A DNA stretch of 55,907 nt, counting the filler, from Catajapyx aquilonaris (Eukaryota): the NCBI GenBank assembly GCA_000934665.2. It is 2 parts of 2 records of this genome, joined end to end, with 100 filler letters (N's around TTAATTAATTAA, not from the genome) between each part and the next. Parts side by side here need not be neighbours in the genome. Positions count along the whole stretch, not along the records: positions 28,017 to 55,907 come from JYFJ02004983.1; 1 more part is not named here. One strand, written 5' to 3'. Each line of letters begins with the position of its first letter. Position 1 is the first letter of the stretch. Positions 37,372 to 50,349 of the stretch are shown here, one piece after another. The notes below the pieces were generated by a model. That model saw only the letters and a list, made by a program, of their open reading frames with translations, had not been told where the DNA came from and made no database searches. The translations under genes were made by a program, and so were the position numbers.

Positions 37372-40300
37372 CACTAGCCTTCCCTTTCCAATCAGAGCAT
37401 GCACCAGAGCTCACCCCCTGCACGGACATAAACAAATGTAATGCTTACACTGTTGTTAAACCTGGGGTACACCAACCCATGGAAGAACAGACCTACCGAG
37501 TTTCCAGTGAACTCATGGGAGCCTTAAACATGAATTGTCATAATTTTATTTGCTGCAGTAGTATCATACCTATGTGAATGTTGACATTTTGGCCACAAAT
37601 TATTTGAGAATGATCAGTATAATATGAGAACATTTCATTTTCTTTTTTTCTGTTAATATTGGACATGATATATTACATAGTTTAAGATCTCCACTCATGA
37701 TGATGTGCGAAATCAGCTGCTCATGGAAGGAATCACTGGCAGGAAAAAATTGTACATCTGATGTTGAACATAATGCTGAAATTCTACCGTTGTCTTTGTG
37801 GAACACATTACTGCACTGGTTTGTATTAGGTGAATGTAAAATCAAATGTGGGCATAGTTAGCTGGTTTTTTTTAATGAGGCCATTTTGTCATTACACTTT
37901 TGTTGGCACACATAGCATGATGGGCTTGTAATCAGTACAAATATGACTACAAAGAAGACTACAAATGAGAGTAAGAAATAATGATCCAGCAACCAGTTTT
38001 GTTACCAAGCAAATGCTGTCAACCAGGAAAAAAAATCAAATGTAATAAACAGAAAAATAGCACTTTGCACATTTGTTGCGGAGGTGCTGGTGGCAGTTGT
38101 AGGCGCGCATGTGATGTATTATTATTATTACATTGTTATGTCCACATTAAGTGTTGGCGACATTAGTTGATGACCCTATTATGTACATTCAATCTGGTTT
38201 TGCTCAAATTCACTTTATATCTGTACAAGAAGGGCACTTTTCCAGAAACCATGTAATTTAAATCATATGTAGATGCATTCAATCAAATGTAAAATTACTT
38301 GTCAACAATACACGTGGCCCACCACTTGGGGGAGGTACACGTGGTATGCTTTATTTCATTTTACTTGTGCCCTTCTATTTTTGGCCCACTGGCAATATTT
38401 CGAATGAGGGGAAAAATCCAATGTTGCAATAACTGTCATGATGATAATAATAATAATGATATTTTTCCACCTGAGACTATGAGGATTGCAATTATTATTG
38501 AGGATTAGTTTTTTTTGTAGCTTGGGAAGGGGTATGTAGCACAAAAACCCATTGTAAAAATATATATATACTTGATCCTATTACCAGTCGAGTCTTTCGA
38601 TCCAATCTTTTTCGTGTGTGATGTGGTACGAAGGTGGAGTAGGAAAGGTGTGGGGTGGAAGGTTAATCTGCACTGGAATATGCAATTTGCATCAGCTTCC
38701 CTGAGCGCACAGATTAACCGAGATTCGCATTAAACACCACGTAAAGAGAGAGGCTCGAGCGACATGAATGAGGTTGCCCAGTTCCAAAGACAGTCAAGAG
38801 TTTCCTGGAGGCTATGACATTTCCACTTTAGCAGCTGTGCCGTTTGTTATGTACAGCACTTAGCACAGTTCTATTAATCTATTGCTTGTTGTGTCTACAC
38901 TAACAGCATGTTTATACTGCATTTCCTAAACTGAGGCAGTGTAAATGCTGCAACATTCTGCTGTCATTTTGAGCATAATTTTTGAAAGGAAAATTTCATG
39001 CGTCCACTTTGTCAAGTAAATCAGCAACACAGCGACCTCCTTCAAAGTTCATATGTACAAGCTTGCGTAAAAAATTCTTTGCATCATCTCCTTTACATTC
39101 GAGCCTGTGCATTCAGCACACCAAGAACAACATTTATATAAAATCTCTCAAATACTGTACTGTGTGCTGACACTTGACATCACAGGCACGCTGATGTGAT
39201 GCATCCATTTCCAGGTAACAGTGGCAACAATCCAAATCATTTGCAACAACCCACTTGCCTCCTTCCTCCATGTAAAAAGTGGAAACACGTCACTTGTTTA
39301 CAAGAATGCAGTTGTCCACATGCTGCTGTGGGACATAATTTAACAGAGGGGAAGCAGACCCACGTGTATGTACAGGTATTTTATGCATTGAATGTGTGCT
39401 GCATTGTATGTAACTGTTTCTGAATTGTGAATAAAGAATGCCACAAGCATATTGACTGGTATGTGTTGCAGCAGAATATGGCCCTTGATGGCTGGTTAGT
39501 GTTTGCCCCCATGCAAAATAGGTTTTGTCCTTTTTTCTTTCAAAAAACTACCACACATAACAAATATAAATAAGCACTTTCCTACTCCTATGCATGCATT
39601 ATAAATTTTATGGATTTTTCCTCCATGCTTCCAATGAGAAATGCATCAATCGCAATTGCATAGTTGAATAAACCGTTTCCCAAAATAAAGCGTGCGAGGG
39701 TGTTTATAGCATGCATGATCTCACTCGTGGAGGATAATTATAACTAAGGTAAAAGGGATTAATGTGTCACTGTAACAACCGCCCCTCCATACAAGGAGGA
39801 CTGAGTTCACTGTTCAATTGCATTTGTGACTGGAAGGTTGGTGTAGAGAGTCACTCATGTACCTCTTGCTGAGAAGCAACCTTTTCGTGAGTAATATCTT
39901 AATTTTTGTGGTAAAGTATTACGATTCAGATAATCTCCAGATGGGGCTGCAACTAGCAATGGAATATAACTCGATGGATAATAATTTAGCCACTACTGAC
40001 TTGATCCCTTGGAGATACCAAACCCCTTGTTGTACTTGTACCCAGCAAGTACCAAGATCTGGCTGATTTCATTGCATATTGGTAAGCATAAGTACCAACT
40101 CTGACATAATATAATGGAAACCAGAAGCATAAACTTTATCGAAAACTGATCAATTATTATTCACGGAAAGTTATATAGTACCAAACACAATTTTCATTAT
40201 GCAGGGAATTGCTACATAACCTTTAAACTAGGTTATAAAATCAAAAATAAATTATGCAATTAATTAGGGGTGATTCAATTACTCATTGATTGTGAGAATA

Positions 40301-40472
40301 ATGGTATACAAGTATTGCATAACAAGAAGTCCTGCAGAAGTCAGGGGAGGTTTGCCATGGCAGTCTTATAAGTATATTGAAATTCCTTGATCTCTCCTGG
40401 ACTCGGTGTTGTAAGGTCAGAGGAGGTTGCTTCTTGGCAAAGGTGACCTGGTGACTAGGGGCACTGTCAACC

Positions 40473-43400
40473 TTAATTGTTACCATCAGCTGTGTGAGGC
40501 CCACTCTCAGGCGAAGACGAGGTATTGGAAGAGGGCTCATCACCATAAACTCCCCCATTTTCTGTGCACTCAACATAGCCGTCCTCCTGCACGTTCTGTT
40601 CCTCCATACTGTCTCTCTTGGCATTGCTGATGGCATCACTGTGGTACGAGATCTGTTGGGCTCTCGTTGGTTCCATTTCAGAGCGCGGCCGCTTGCGACT
40701 GCCCTGGCGAAATGACGAGGAGGATGGTGACGATGACACATCCTCGGCTACGTCCATGCGCTCTAGGATGGTAACAATTCGATTTTGCAACACTAGGCTC
40801 TGTTGCTTGAGATACAGCTGTTGTCGCATCAACTCAAGAGTCTGTCGTTCCGCTTCTTCAGATGCTTGGCTTGATCGGCGGTTCTCCTCAATCAAGGCTC
40901 GAATGAGCTGCAGGTACTCGCCACGATAGGACAGGACGCTATGCTGCAAGGAGGATGAGAGTGTAACTGACTTTGCACCAGCTTGATGAATGTAACTAGC
41001 TTGACAGAAAAAGGCAGGCACATTGTTACTAGCAACCTACCCCAGTCACCTCAACAGAAGGCGAAGGCGATGAGCGATGGGCAGCCTCTCCATCAGCACC
41101 TCCCACAGTCTCATCCTCGTCTTCCTCTGCAGGAGATGGGCTACCCTCTTTGAGGCTGGCAACCATCATATCTCCAGGGTTCTGATGTTGTTGCATTGGG
41201 TGGTGATGGAGCGGATGGGAAAAATGGTGCGATGAATGCATTGAATGCAGTGGGTGGTACGGGTGGTGGTGCGGCAGGTCAGGTGCACCCAATCCCAGGG
41301 GCATTCCTCCTGGCATCATGCCACTGGCACCGCCGCCGCCACTACTACTACCCTCGGATCCCATGGAAGCTGCGGGGCTGGTGCCTCCCCCATCACCAAA
41401 TTCAGCTGACATTCGCAGATCCTTCAAAGCCAGTCCTGGATGCTCCTGTATTGAGAGACTCTCCATAACTTCTTTCACTTCACTCCAGTATTTCCATGAG
41501 CTCGGGCTCCCTGTTGCCTCCATCTTCAGCTTCTCCTTCCTACAAACAAATCAACATGTGCAATAAGTGAACACCATGTGCCAATGGTGTTCACCCATTA
41601 TGGTACATGCAGGCAGGCGCTAGGGAGGTGCAGGGTGACAACCCCCCTCCCCCTCCAGAAGCACAGGGCCTGGTGCAGTTGCACTATTTGCATCCCCTTA
41701 ACACCGGCCCTGTGTACATATCACGTAAGGCATGGCATTTACAATGTGATGACACAACAGTGATGGCTCAAAGGTTCCCTATACAAAACAGTAGCCTCAA
41801 CTGATTCTCTTTCATAAGCCCCTGCCAGGAATCAAACCTGGAAGCCTAACCCTGGAAAAAGGTGTGCTCTACTGCTGAACTACAGGGGTCTTGACATTCT
41901 CACAAGGGCCAATTTAGATGCATGTTCTCGCCATTACTTTGATCAAGCACAGCCATATTATTGACTATATTTTCGTGAAATTACAATTTGTTGATGTGAA
42001 CATTCCATGTTGACCCAACTGTTCAGTTCAAGATATGTGCAAGTGTTGATTCTCTATCTGACAGCTACAAAACTACAACTTTGCATGCAACTCGTCAGGT
42101 TCCTTTTGCCGCTTTCTAGGTGATATATAAAAAAGTTTATTATTTGGTGCCTTGCTTGGTGCTGCTTAAGGGAAGCGTAACAACACCCCTGGTGTAAGCT
42201 TGGCAAACCAGCATCCCACCAAGTTTACAAGTAACATAGGCTAAATTGATGTCATATGTGAGCAGTTTTAACTTTTAACCTCCTGTTCACGTCACACCAT
42301 TTTGCTGATCCTTTGCAATGGCATGGGGTTGTTTTTGAACAGTCCTATGGTGACAATAGTTCCACAGCTCCAGTATTCAAAAATAGAATTGTGCTGTTTT
42401 TTATGTCACCCTTATCACATTCAAACCACAATAGACCTACTAGCATTTCCAAACAGGAGATAGGGAGAATGGCCTTGACAAAGAACCATTTATTGAAAAT
42501 TGGTTTCACCTACACTGAAACTACTGGGTTGCTCTTTCATATTACAAATAAAAACTAATTGCAGGGATGGATAAGTGAAAGTACTGAAAAGTGCCACTAC
42601 ATCTTAACCGAGCTGGGAATGTGTTTTAAAGCATCAGTTACTCTTGCAAGATTTTACATGACATTTGGGTTAAATCACGCACTACTTTAAATCAGTTTTC
42701 AATGTTACACCATAGTGCTATTAATTAATAATCTCAGAAATAATGGGGGAAGGGCTGGGTGACGCAGAAACAAAATGACATGGCATAGGGTAAACGTGTA
42801 GAGAGAAGTAAAAGCTGGGCAACCCTCCACTGTTCCTCAAGTCTTGTAAATGTCTGGTCCCAATTGGTGTGATAGTCTGAGCAACTAATCAAAGGCACAT
42901 TGTTGTTCATTTGCCTAGTTGTTTCTGAACAATTTTCCAACTCAAACTGTCCACGAAGGATCTGTCTTCAAGAAGTCTACAATAGCTCTGTACTGAACTC
43001 CTTAAACCACAAAGTATTCTCGAAATTTATGGTGACATCTTGTGGGAAGAGTCATTACAATGGTTGCAGTTTCACATTCATGGGGACAAGTTGCAATGGA
43101 AATAGTAATACAGTAACAAATGCTTCATAATTGCGCATTTGCCAGGCACTTTAGTGTTCGAATTTGAGATCTGAACAACAAGTCCCATGATACTTTTTTT
43201 TTTTAAATTTGTTATTTACATTTGCACAGATCTGAAAATTTGTCACTTCCTGCTTTATATCCCTTACACTCTTCTCCTGCTCTGCCCATGCATACCTATG
43301 CTCACAGCTGTCATATCCACATGAGTGTCAGCAAGGGTCTTATGCCATAACCAATCATAAGTGTAAATGGGGGTCAATTAATTAGTGATGCACACACATA

Positions 43401-46400
43401 GATTCATCTAAGGGCCTATCAATGTCAGAGAAAGCAGAATGAAAGAGAATTGCATATTACACACAATTGGTGGAATTTTTCAAATTCTCATTCATCAAGT
43501 GTTACTCCTGTGTATGAGTGTTACCACCAAGTACAAGCCAGGCAAGATCACTCCCGCACATGTACATACCCTTGCTTGCAGGCAAGGGGGCAAACGTGAC
43601 TTACGAGCATATGCAGCATTTCCACTGAAAGAAATTTGAACTAGATTCTGATGCATGCAGTATGCAGTACAAATTACAAGGGTTACAATATTAAAACGGA
43701 CCCAAAGTTCACTGCTTGTCTATAACTGACATTTTGGGCAGATTTAAACATGATTTTTCCTAGTTTGCAGTTGACATGAAATCATGGTAGCAATGACCAG
43801 AGCAGGGAAATCCACATACGAGATGTCTGAAAAAAGTTAGTGTGGACAGAGTTTCAGAGGCATGAAATGGGTTAATGTGGCCTGCAAATTCCATTTTTCA
43901 AGGCCATTAATTGTTCTAGTATATTGTGGATTTTATCCATTACCATAATTTAAATTGTCCATAAGTTTTTTGTTTGGCAGTTGTAGGGTTCTAAAAAACA
44001 TTACTTTTATGACAGAACCATTCCAGTTTCTTCTCTGTGCCATGTAGAAGGCCTTGGATGTAATCCACTTTCTACAGGTAGTCTGTACAAGTTTTGCTAT
44101 TAGTGTAAGACACAAAACTGGTCATGGTCAATGCTTCTTTTCCATAGAAGATGGAATGACATACAGTGGAGCATCGATTATCCGAATAGAGTCTGCCCAG
44201 GGGGTGTTCGGATAACTGATTGTTCGGATAACCGACCATTTACGGGGGGAAATTGTACTGGTGTCACAGGAGCAATATGAAACTAAGAAACAGTGATATT
44301 AACCATAAAACTGTATATTTTCTGTCACAGGCATGTCTACCTTACTGTCTTTACATGAAGTAGTCCTACAGTTTAGGGGGGCAAAAGGCCAATTTCCTTT
44401 GTTTGAGAGCCGAGGCTCGGTTTTTTTTGCCGACCCAAAAACGTTCGGTTAACCGATGGTTTGGTTGATCGGTGTTCGGATAATCGATGCTCCACTGTAT
44501 TTAATAAATTATTAATGCTATTAGACATTTCTCCAACTATTTACCGGAACATACTGAGTAAATGGTTCTGGGATATGAATATGATGCAATCCATTTTTTT
44601 CATGATTGGGAATATATATATTTCATAGTCGCAGAGGAAATTCATAATTATCAAATCTTGTCTACAATATCATGCTGAATTGAGGCATTTGTTTGTTAAC
44701 ATTATGACGACTATTTGAAACTCGCCTACTTCTGAAGTATCAGAGCATATTTAGCGAGAAGCTACTTAACACAATCCAAACTTAGGGCTGGAATTACCCT
44801 GAATGCACTTTAGGAGCATGCCTCATTTCCTCAAAATGGGTTCAAATGCAAGTTTCCTCTTTCCCACTGCCCCCTGACTGCTCTACCATGAAATATGAAA
44901 AACAAACTTGCTTCTAAAATTTTAATAATGTTCCAATTGCTTTTACCAGATTTTAAAGAATTGGTGCAAGTCCGGTGACAACTTGGCAAGGCTGTCTGTC
45001 ACCAATGTACTATCGGCACAATATTATTCCGGACACTTTGACATGCTTTTCTTAGGGATGTGTCTGCAATAATATACCACAATGCAGTACTAGAACTTGT
45101 CAACTTGACATTTTAACCTTAGGAGTACCTGAAATCTAACTAAACTACATGAAATAAATTGAATCATTTTTGCTGCAACCTGAGTATGGACAAGTGCCAT
45201 TACAGTTAAAATGTTTGCTACATTGTTTAGATTCCTTTCAAACTGTTATTGTTATCATACATATCCATGCTCCATGCAAGCATTTCACAATATAGGAAAC
45301 CTCTGGTTTACAAACAACCCGAGTTACAGTGATCCGTACTTATGAACGCACTCCCCATAAGGCAGGGGTTCTCAACCAGGAGTGTGGCGCAAGGTACCTC
45401 TAGATTAGTCAATGTTTTAAACCAAAACATTGAGTAAGTCCATAACGGGCCTGATAGCATCACTTCTGCATATGTTGACCGACATCAAGTTCAACATAAA
45501 TACTGTATAATTTTAATAATTCCGAACAATTCTGCGCATGTAAACAAACCCACGTGGCATAAGTTCGCACAGCATCCTTACGTTAGCTGTCATTATTACT
45601 ACTGTGTATGCACTGTTCCTAAGGGATCTGAGTTACGTACAAATCCGACTTACAGACGTTCTCAGGAATGTCTCCCCGTTTGTAGACCGGGACTTCCTAT
45701 AATTATACATTCTAACTGACATTTAGTGACATTCCCAGATACTACTACAGTAAAACCTCTATATAACGCTCTTCAAGGTACCACCCAAAAGTATCAGAAT
45801 AGTGTTATATGTGGGAAAATTTACCTTGTGGAAATGATCAAGGGACCGGAAAAAAGCATTATATGCGGGAGCGTTATATCAAGGTTTTACTGTATTTCAC
45901 ATAACGGGTGTCAGATGTCTGGAAAACGTCTGACGTATACCTTTCGCTTTTATAGCAATCTCTTGCCAAAATGTGACTGTAAGATTATCCACACTGTAAA
46001 CTTTGGTTAACCAGTTTTCAATTTTTAATGCTGCAGATCTAATGCTATACTCACTTCCTAATGCAATCCTCTAACAACAGTACCAGGTATTCTTTGACAG
46101 GCATCAACACCACACTTGCAGTATCGTTACAGGATGCACCATACCTAAACCAGGGGTTTTTAGATTCCTCACCACCAAAGCAGAACCATGCCGAGCAGCT
46201 ACCCGTGCACCTCCAGTGCCAACTAGCAAGGCCAGGGCCAAGCGCACCCACACACTACTCAAACACCAGGCGCGTCCAACGTAAACGAGCTTCACGCTAC
46301 CTGTAGTCAGCCGTGAGATTGAGGATCTTGTTGCGAACCTCGGCAGGGAGCCGTACGAAACCCATCTTGGCCATCTTATCCGCCATGGAGTGGTACACGT

Positions 46401-46659
46401 GAGAGTTCCGCTTGGCACTTCTCAGATCGTACAAATGCGTCCTCCACAACTGTATAAGAACCAATGTTTCCTCCGGTGACCAGTTTCCCGCCCGCTTCTT
46501 CCGCCTCGAGACAAACTCCGGGCTTGGATAAGGGTAGGGGGCAGGGGTAGAGGCAGCTGCAGAAGCGGCGGACGCGGCCGCTGCGGCGACAGCAGCCACC
46601 GCGTTGATGGCCCCGCTCCCACCCCCACTCCCGCCCCCGCCCGCAGGCGAGCCCTCCAT
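40473..46659 (-). CDS. Myb/SANT-like (trihelix, MSANTD-type) DNA-binding protein, 439 aa, 3 exons (46659-46301, 41539-41050, 40943-40473)
   Basis: The domain NWSPEETLVLIQLW...EVRNKILNLTADYR|KEKLKMEATGSPSSWKYWSEV spans intron 1 (AG|gtagcg...ttgtag|G, phase 2). Intron 2 is 41049-40944 (GAG|gtgact...ttgcag|CAT, phase 0). Exons sum to 1320 nt in frame. Gly/Ala-rich N-terminus, His-rich tract, C-terminal coiled-coil-like segment, basic RRKKR and RKRPR motifs. Confidence 0.88.
41610..41712. mobile_element. Degenerate hAT-like MITE
   Basis: Termini CAGG...CCCTG; flanks GGTACATG / TGTACATA match at 6 of 8. Confidence 0.45.
41818..41889 (-). pseudogene. tRNA-like pseudogene or SINE head in intron 1 of the Myb/SANT gene
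   Basis: CCCCTG/CAGGGG acceptor-like stem, GTTC-AGCAGTA-GAGC D arm, CCAGG-TTTGATT-CCTGG T arm. Anticodon arm imperfect and the T loop lacks TTC. Confidence 0.6.
44164..44497. mobile_element. pogo/Tigger-like MITE
   Basis: TA TSDs, perfect 23-bp TIR CAGTGGAGCATCGATTATCCGAA, subterminal TTCGGATAAC repeats. Confidence 0.92.
45293..45699. mobile_element. Degenerate Tigger-like MITE containing a hAT-like end (CAGGGGTTCTCAACC at 45363)
   Basis: Imperfect TIR TAGGAAACCTCTGGTTTACAAAC / GTTTGTAGACCGGGACTTCCTA, TA-flanked. Confidence 0.6.
45748..45892. mobile_element. pogo/Tigger-like MITE, 145 bp
   Basis: TA TSDs; TIR CAGTAAAACCTCTATATAACGCTC / GAGCGTTATATCAAGGTTTTACTG. Confidence 0.88.
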
Positions 46660-47075
46660 GTAAGCTGGCAGATCCCCTTTGGCCTTTGTTTACCTGGTGA
46701 GGCCCGCCTGCCTGCCTAGCACTCAGCCTAATCTGGCGCAGGCAGGCTGGCTTGGCAAGCAGCGTAGAAGCAGCATCTGAAGGAAAGGACGGGAGTGCTG
46801 GGCCTAGCCCTAGACTCCCTAGTGGGCCGCTTGGGCCCGCCGCCGTCAGATGGCCTACCCTCCCGCGTACCTGCCTGCCTCTCCTCCCTCTCCTCCCTCT
46901 CTTCCCCTTGCCCTCCTCTAGACACACGCTACACGATCCTCCCCCGTTTGGTTCAGCTACATTTGGCAACCTTGGCCCGCTGACTACGAACCCACGCACG
47001 GTGCCGTTTTCAATAAGGCAAGGATTTTCTGTCTTCACTAGAAACAAGTGCAAGGTCAAATGTTTGCTTTGGATT
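46660..47075. promoter_or_regulatory. Candidate bidirectional promoter / 5' UTR region between the Myb/SANT gene and COQ9
   Basis: GC/CpG-rich stretch between divergently oriented genes. Inferred from position only. Confidence 0.55.
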
Positions 47076-47699
47076 ATGTCGAAACTGGTTTCTTGGACTT
47101 TGTCAATTTCTCTTGTAGGCCCGCAGTATATTGTGGAGGATTTCTTGGAATCGGTGGCAGTGCCAATTGTGTTTGGACGGAATGTGCGCCAGGCATTTTA
47201 TCGTAACCAGGATGGTAGAGTCAGGATTGTTTCAATTGCTATCCTGGAAGCACACAAAAATTTCGTGATAAGACAAGTACCCGCTGCAGCCAGGAACTGG
47301 AGGATGGCACTGGCGTCACAAGCCATTTAATGTTGACTCTATGCCCATGGTACACTTTTGGGCATTTTATTACAGCAGGTGACATTCTGCTTTGCAACAT
47401 AACCACACACATTCCAGTTGAACATGAATTCAGTGACCTTTCATGTGCCAAGAATTTACAAAAATAAAAATAATGCATGCAATCCTTTCATTCACCCCCC
47501 TGATGACACAACCAACCAAACATCGCATAGGAATGAAATATAGGAATGTGCAACAATAAAATAATAAAAACCAGTACAATTGACAGTATTTTATAGCAGC
47601 ATGTTTATTTCACTGGATTGTGAATTTTAAGAAAAGCTGTACTTCTGTTATCCATAGTGCAAATAATAATAATTTGTCATTTAATCAAATTTGTTACAG

Positions 47700-49077
47700 A
47701 TGCCCACACCAACGCTCGAGACTTTGGGAACCAACCGGAGGATTCTGATTCATCTTCCAATGAAGAGGACGAAGCAATGACTGACAAGAACAAAATCTTG
47801 GCAGCAGCACTACCATTTGTACACAACGTGGGTTGGAGTGTGGAAGCAATTGCTGCAGGTCTGTGTTTGTAAGGGATCTCTACTTAATAAGCTTAATATT
47901 GTTAGAGCAGACCTTTTCTGATTCAGGTGCATCCGCTGCTGGATATCCCAGCACATCCCATGGACTCTTTCCTGCAGGAGGGGTGGAGCTGGTGTATTAC
48001 TTCTACAATGAGTGCAACCTGAAGTTAGTTGAAAACATGAAGCAGTGCGCTTTGGAGGATCAAATTGATGCTAGCAGGTGAGTTGTATTGTGACACTTAT
48101 CATTGTTCTCCTGATACAGCAACACACCCATGCAGGAAGAAGAATCAGAAGGCATTCCTGCAAGATGCTTTGTGGTTCCGACTGCAGTTGAATGTGCCAT
48201 ACATTGACAAGTGGGCCCAAGGCATGGGTATGATGGCACTGCCGCATAATGCCAGTTCCTCTTGGAAGCTGCTGGCGCGAATGGTGGATGATGTGTGGTT
48301 TCATGCTGGCGATCGCTCAACTGATGTGAGTTTGCATGATATTGCAACATGAAAGCAGTCATGCAATTACCTACCTCTTACAGTTTGACTGGTACACCAA
48401 ACGTATGGGACTGGCTGTCATATACTCAAGTGCCGAGCTGTTCCAGCTCCAGGATACATCTGATGGCTTCCAAGCTACCCAGAAATTTCTGGAAAGGCGC
48501 ATGGATGATGCACAGAACTTCAGGAAGTCTTCTGAACAACTGAAGAAAGGTTCATCATCCCTTCCAGACAACATCAGTGCCATGCTGACTACGGTGAGAA
48601 TTATCATCCTATGAAATGGGTGACATGAAAACAGGGTTGGAAAAAAACCTACACGGGTTTTATTGGGTGTTTCGGCCAATTTTAGGTTTTGTTTTATCAC
48701 TGCATAATGTCCACTTGAAATCTTGAATGCTATTAAATGATGCGCCACTCGGGAGAACTGATGACTGTGCAAGATGCTAGGGAATTCCCCACTGATGCAG
48801 TTCGAATTTTCACATTGGATCTGCGATGGGAGACTGCCAGATGGGAGTGTTCAGAGAATCAGAGTTCAACAGACTCAAACAGTATGAATACTTTAAAAAA
48901 TTTCAACATTAGGATGAAAACTGAAAAAGCCTAGGTAGATTTTTTATTTTTTAGTGAGTTTTTTAAGGTGGGCCCACCCAAAAAAAAACCAGTGGGTTTT
49001 TTGGGAACCCTGCATGAAAGTAAAATTATGTATATTTTCAGCTTCGCAACATGATGGGTGCAAATCCTCCTCGCTGA
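47700..49077 (+). CDS. COQ9: Ubiquinone biosynthesis protein COQ9; exons 47700-47858, 47927-48077, 48136-48325, 48384-48593, 49042-49077; N-terminal exon (about 47000-47400) unresolved
   Basis: Family motifs ILAAALPFVHNVGWS, HGLFPAGGVELVYYF, VDDVWFHAGDRSTDFDWYTKR and ELFQLQDTSDGFQATQKFLERR. All introns are GT-AG with consistent phase (68, 58, 58, 448 bp). Last exon LRNMMGANPPR* is followed by AATAAA at 49085-49090. Confidence 0.93.
48632..49012. mobile_element. hAT-type MITE in the last COQ9 intron
   Basis: CAGGGTT...AACCCTG termini; 8-bp TSD CATGAAAA (48624-48631) / CATGAAAG (49013-49020). Confidence 0.8.
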
Positions 49078-49969
49078 TTGAGTCAATAAAATGAGGTTGA
49101 GGTGACATGTGTTTATTCACAGCTTCTTCCTGGGGGGGGGGGGGGGGNTGGGGTAACACTTTGCAATATATTGTGCATAGCAAGCATTTTAAGGCAACTA
49201 CTGTATTGTACCCAGAGACACTTGCCCTGAACATTTGAAAGAGCACCATGAATTTGAGGCACAAGAGGCCTAGTTAACATGTCAATCATTATACCCATAA
49301 TGACCGAAATTTGCAGAAATTTTTCACGTCACAGTAACAGTCAACTTCCTGCAAAATCTCTCAACACCCAAGTCACAACAAAGAACTTGGTGGTAGGCAC
49401 GTTATTGCATTTTCTGGTAGGAATGGGCACAACATTATGGCACATACTCAGAGACAACAACAATATATTCTTTTTGACTGCAGAATTATGGACTTGCTTC
49501 TTGGCCTAGGACTCGCCTCCACTTTCTCTGCCTTCCTATCCTGTCCCATGAGAGCCCAGCACAAATCATGCAACCAACCCACAATCTACACATGCAGTTG
49601 GAAATATACGGAGGTACACACTTAATATCTTGTGTCACATTACAACTCCTTCCTAAAGCTTTAATTCCTGTCGACTGCTTTCCAACCAAGGTTTATTTAG
49701 AAATCAAAGCTGCAAATAGACCGTGTTGTACCATTTTTCATCTTGCTAGGTTGCCTAAAATGCCCATGCTGAAAAACAACAACAACAGAGCCAGCAGTGA
49801 GAGCAACACACTAATATACGTAGTTAATTTTCCACACTCTGTTGGATACTTTCAAATATTTAAAGGCTTAAGTACAGCCCTAGTAACTTGCAGTAGTCAC
49901 TTCAACACCGGAATTCAGAGCTGCGGAGGTACATGTACTCCTAAAGTGTACTACTGGCATACCTATATA

Positions 49970-50205
49970 CAGTGTGTTCCAAATATCCAGGTCCTTTTAG
50001 TTATCACAAATTTCGCTCGAAGGTGTTATTTTTTTGCAGCTTTTTGCACCCCAATGGAGGTGCCCAATTATTCTCAGGTATGGTCGATTATAGCAGCTGC
50101 TATGTAATTGGGCACCTCCAATGGGGTGCACAAAGTTACACAAAAATAACAACTTTGGGCAAAATTTGTGCTAACGAAACAGGCATGGATATTTGGCACA
50201 CACTG
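49970..50205. mobile_element. Palindromic Tc1-like MITE
   Basis: CAGTGTGTTCCAAATATCCA / TGGATATTTGGCACACACTG ends; inner arms GCACCCCAATGGAGGTGCCCAATTA / TAATTGGGCACCTCCAATGGGGTGC. Left TA intact, right flank is AA. Confidence 0.8.
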
Positions 50206-50349
50206 AATATTCCAATATGTTCAGGTTCGGATCAACATCACCTTCGATGCCATTGTTAATCACTTGCTTAGTCTGAACTTTCAAAAAACCAGATTATATT
50301 CCTGACCTACATGTGCATATGACTCAATGTACACCAGCATGCCAGAGGG

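Noticed and set aside
38586..38763. Imperfect inverted repeats (GGTTAATCTG / CAGATTAACC inner pair)
   Set aside because: Only a 10-bp inner stem and weak outer arms; no TSD.
46376..47059. 227-aa minus ORF overlapping the first exon of the Myb/SANT gene
   Set aside because: GC-rich low-complexity alternative frame, non-ATG start, no domain signal.
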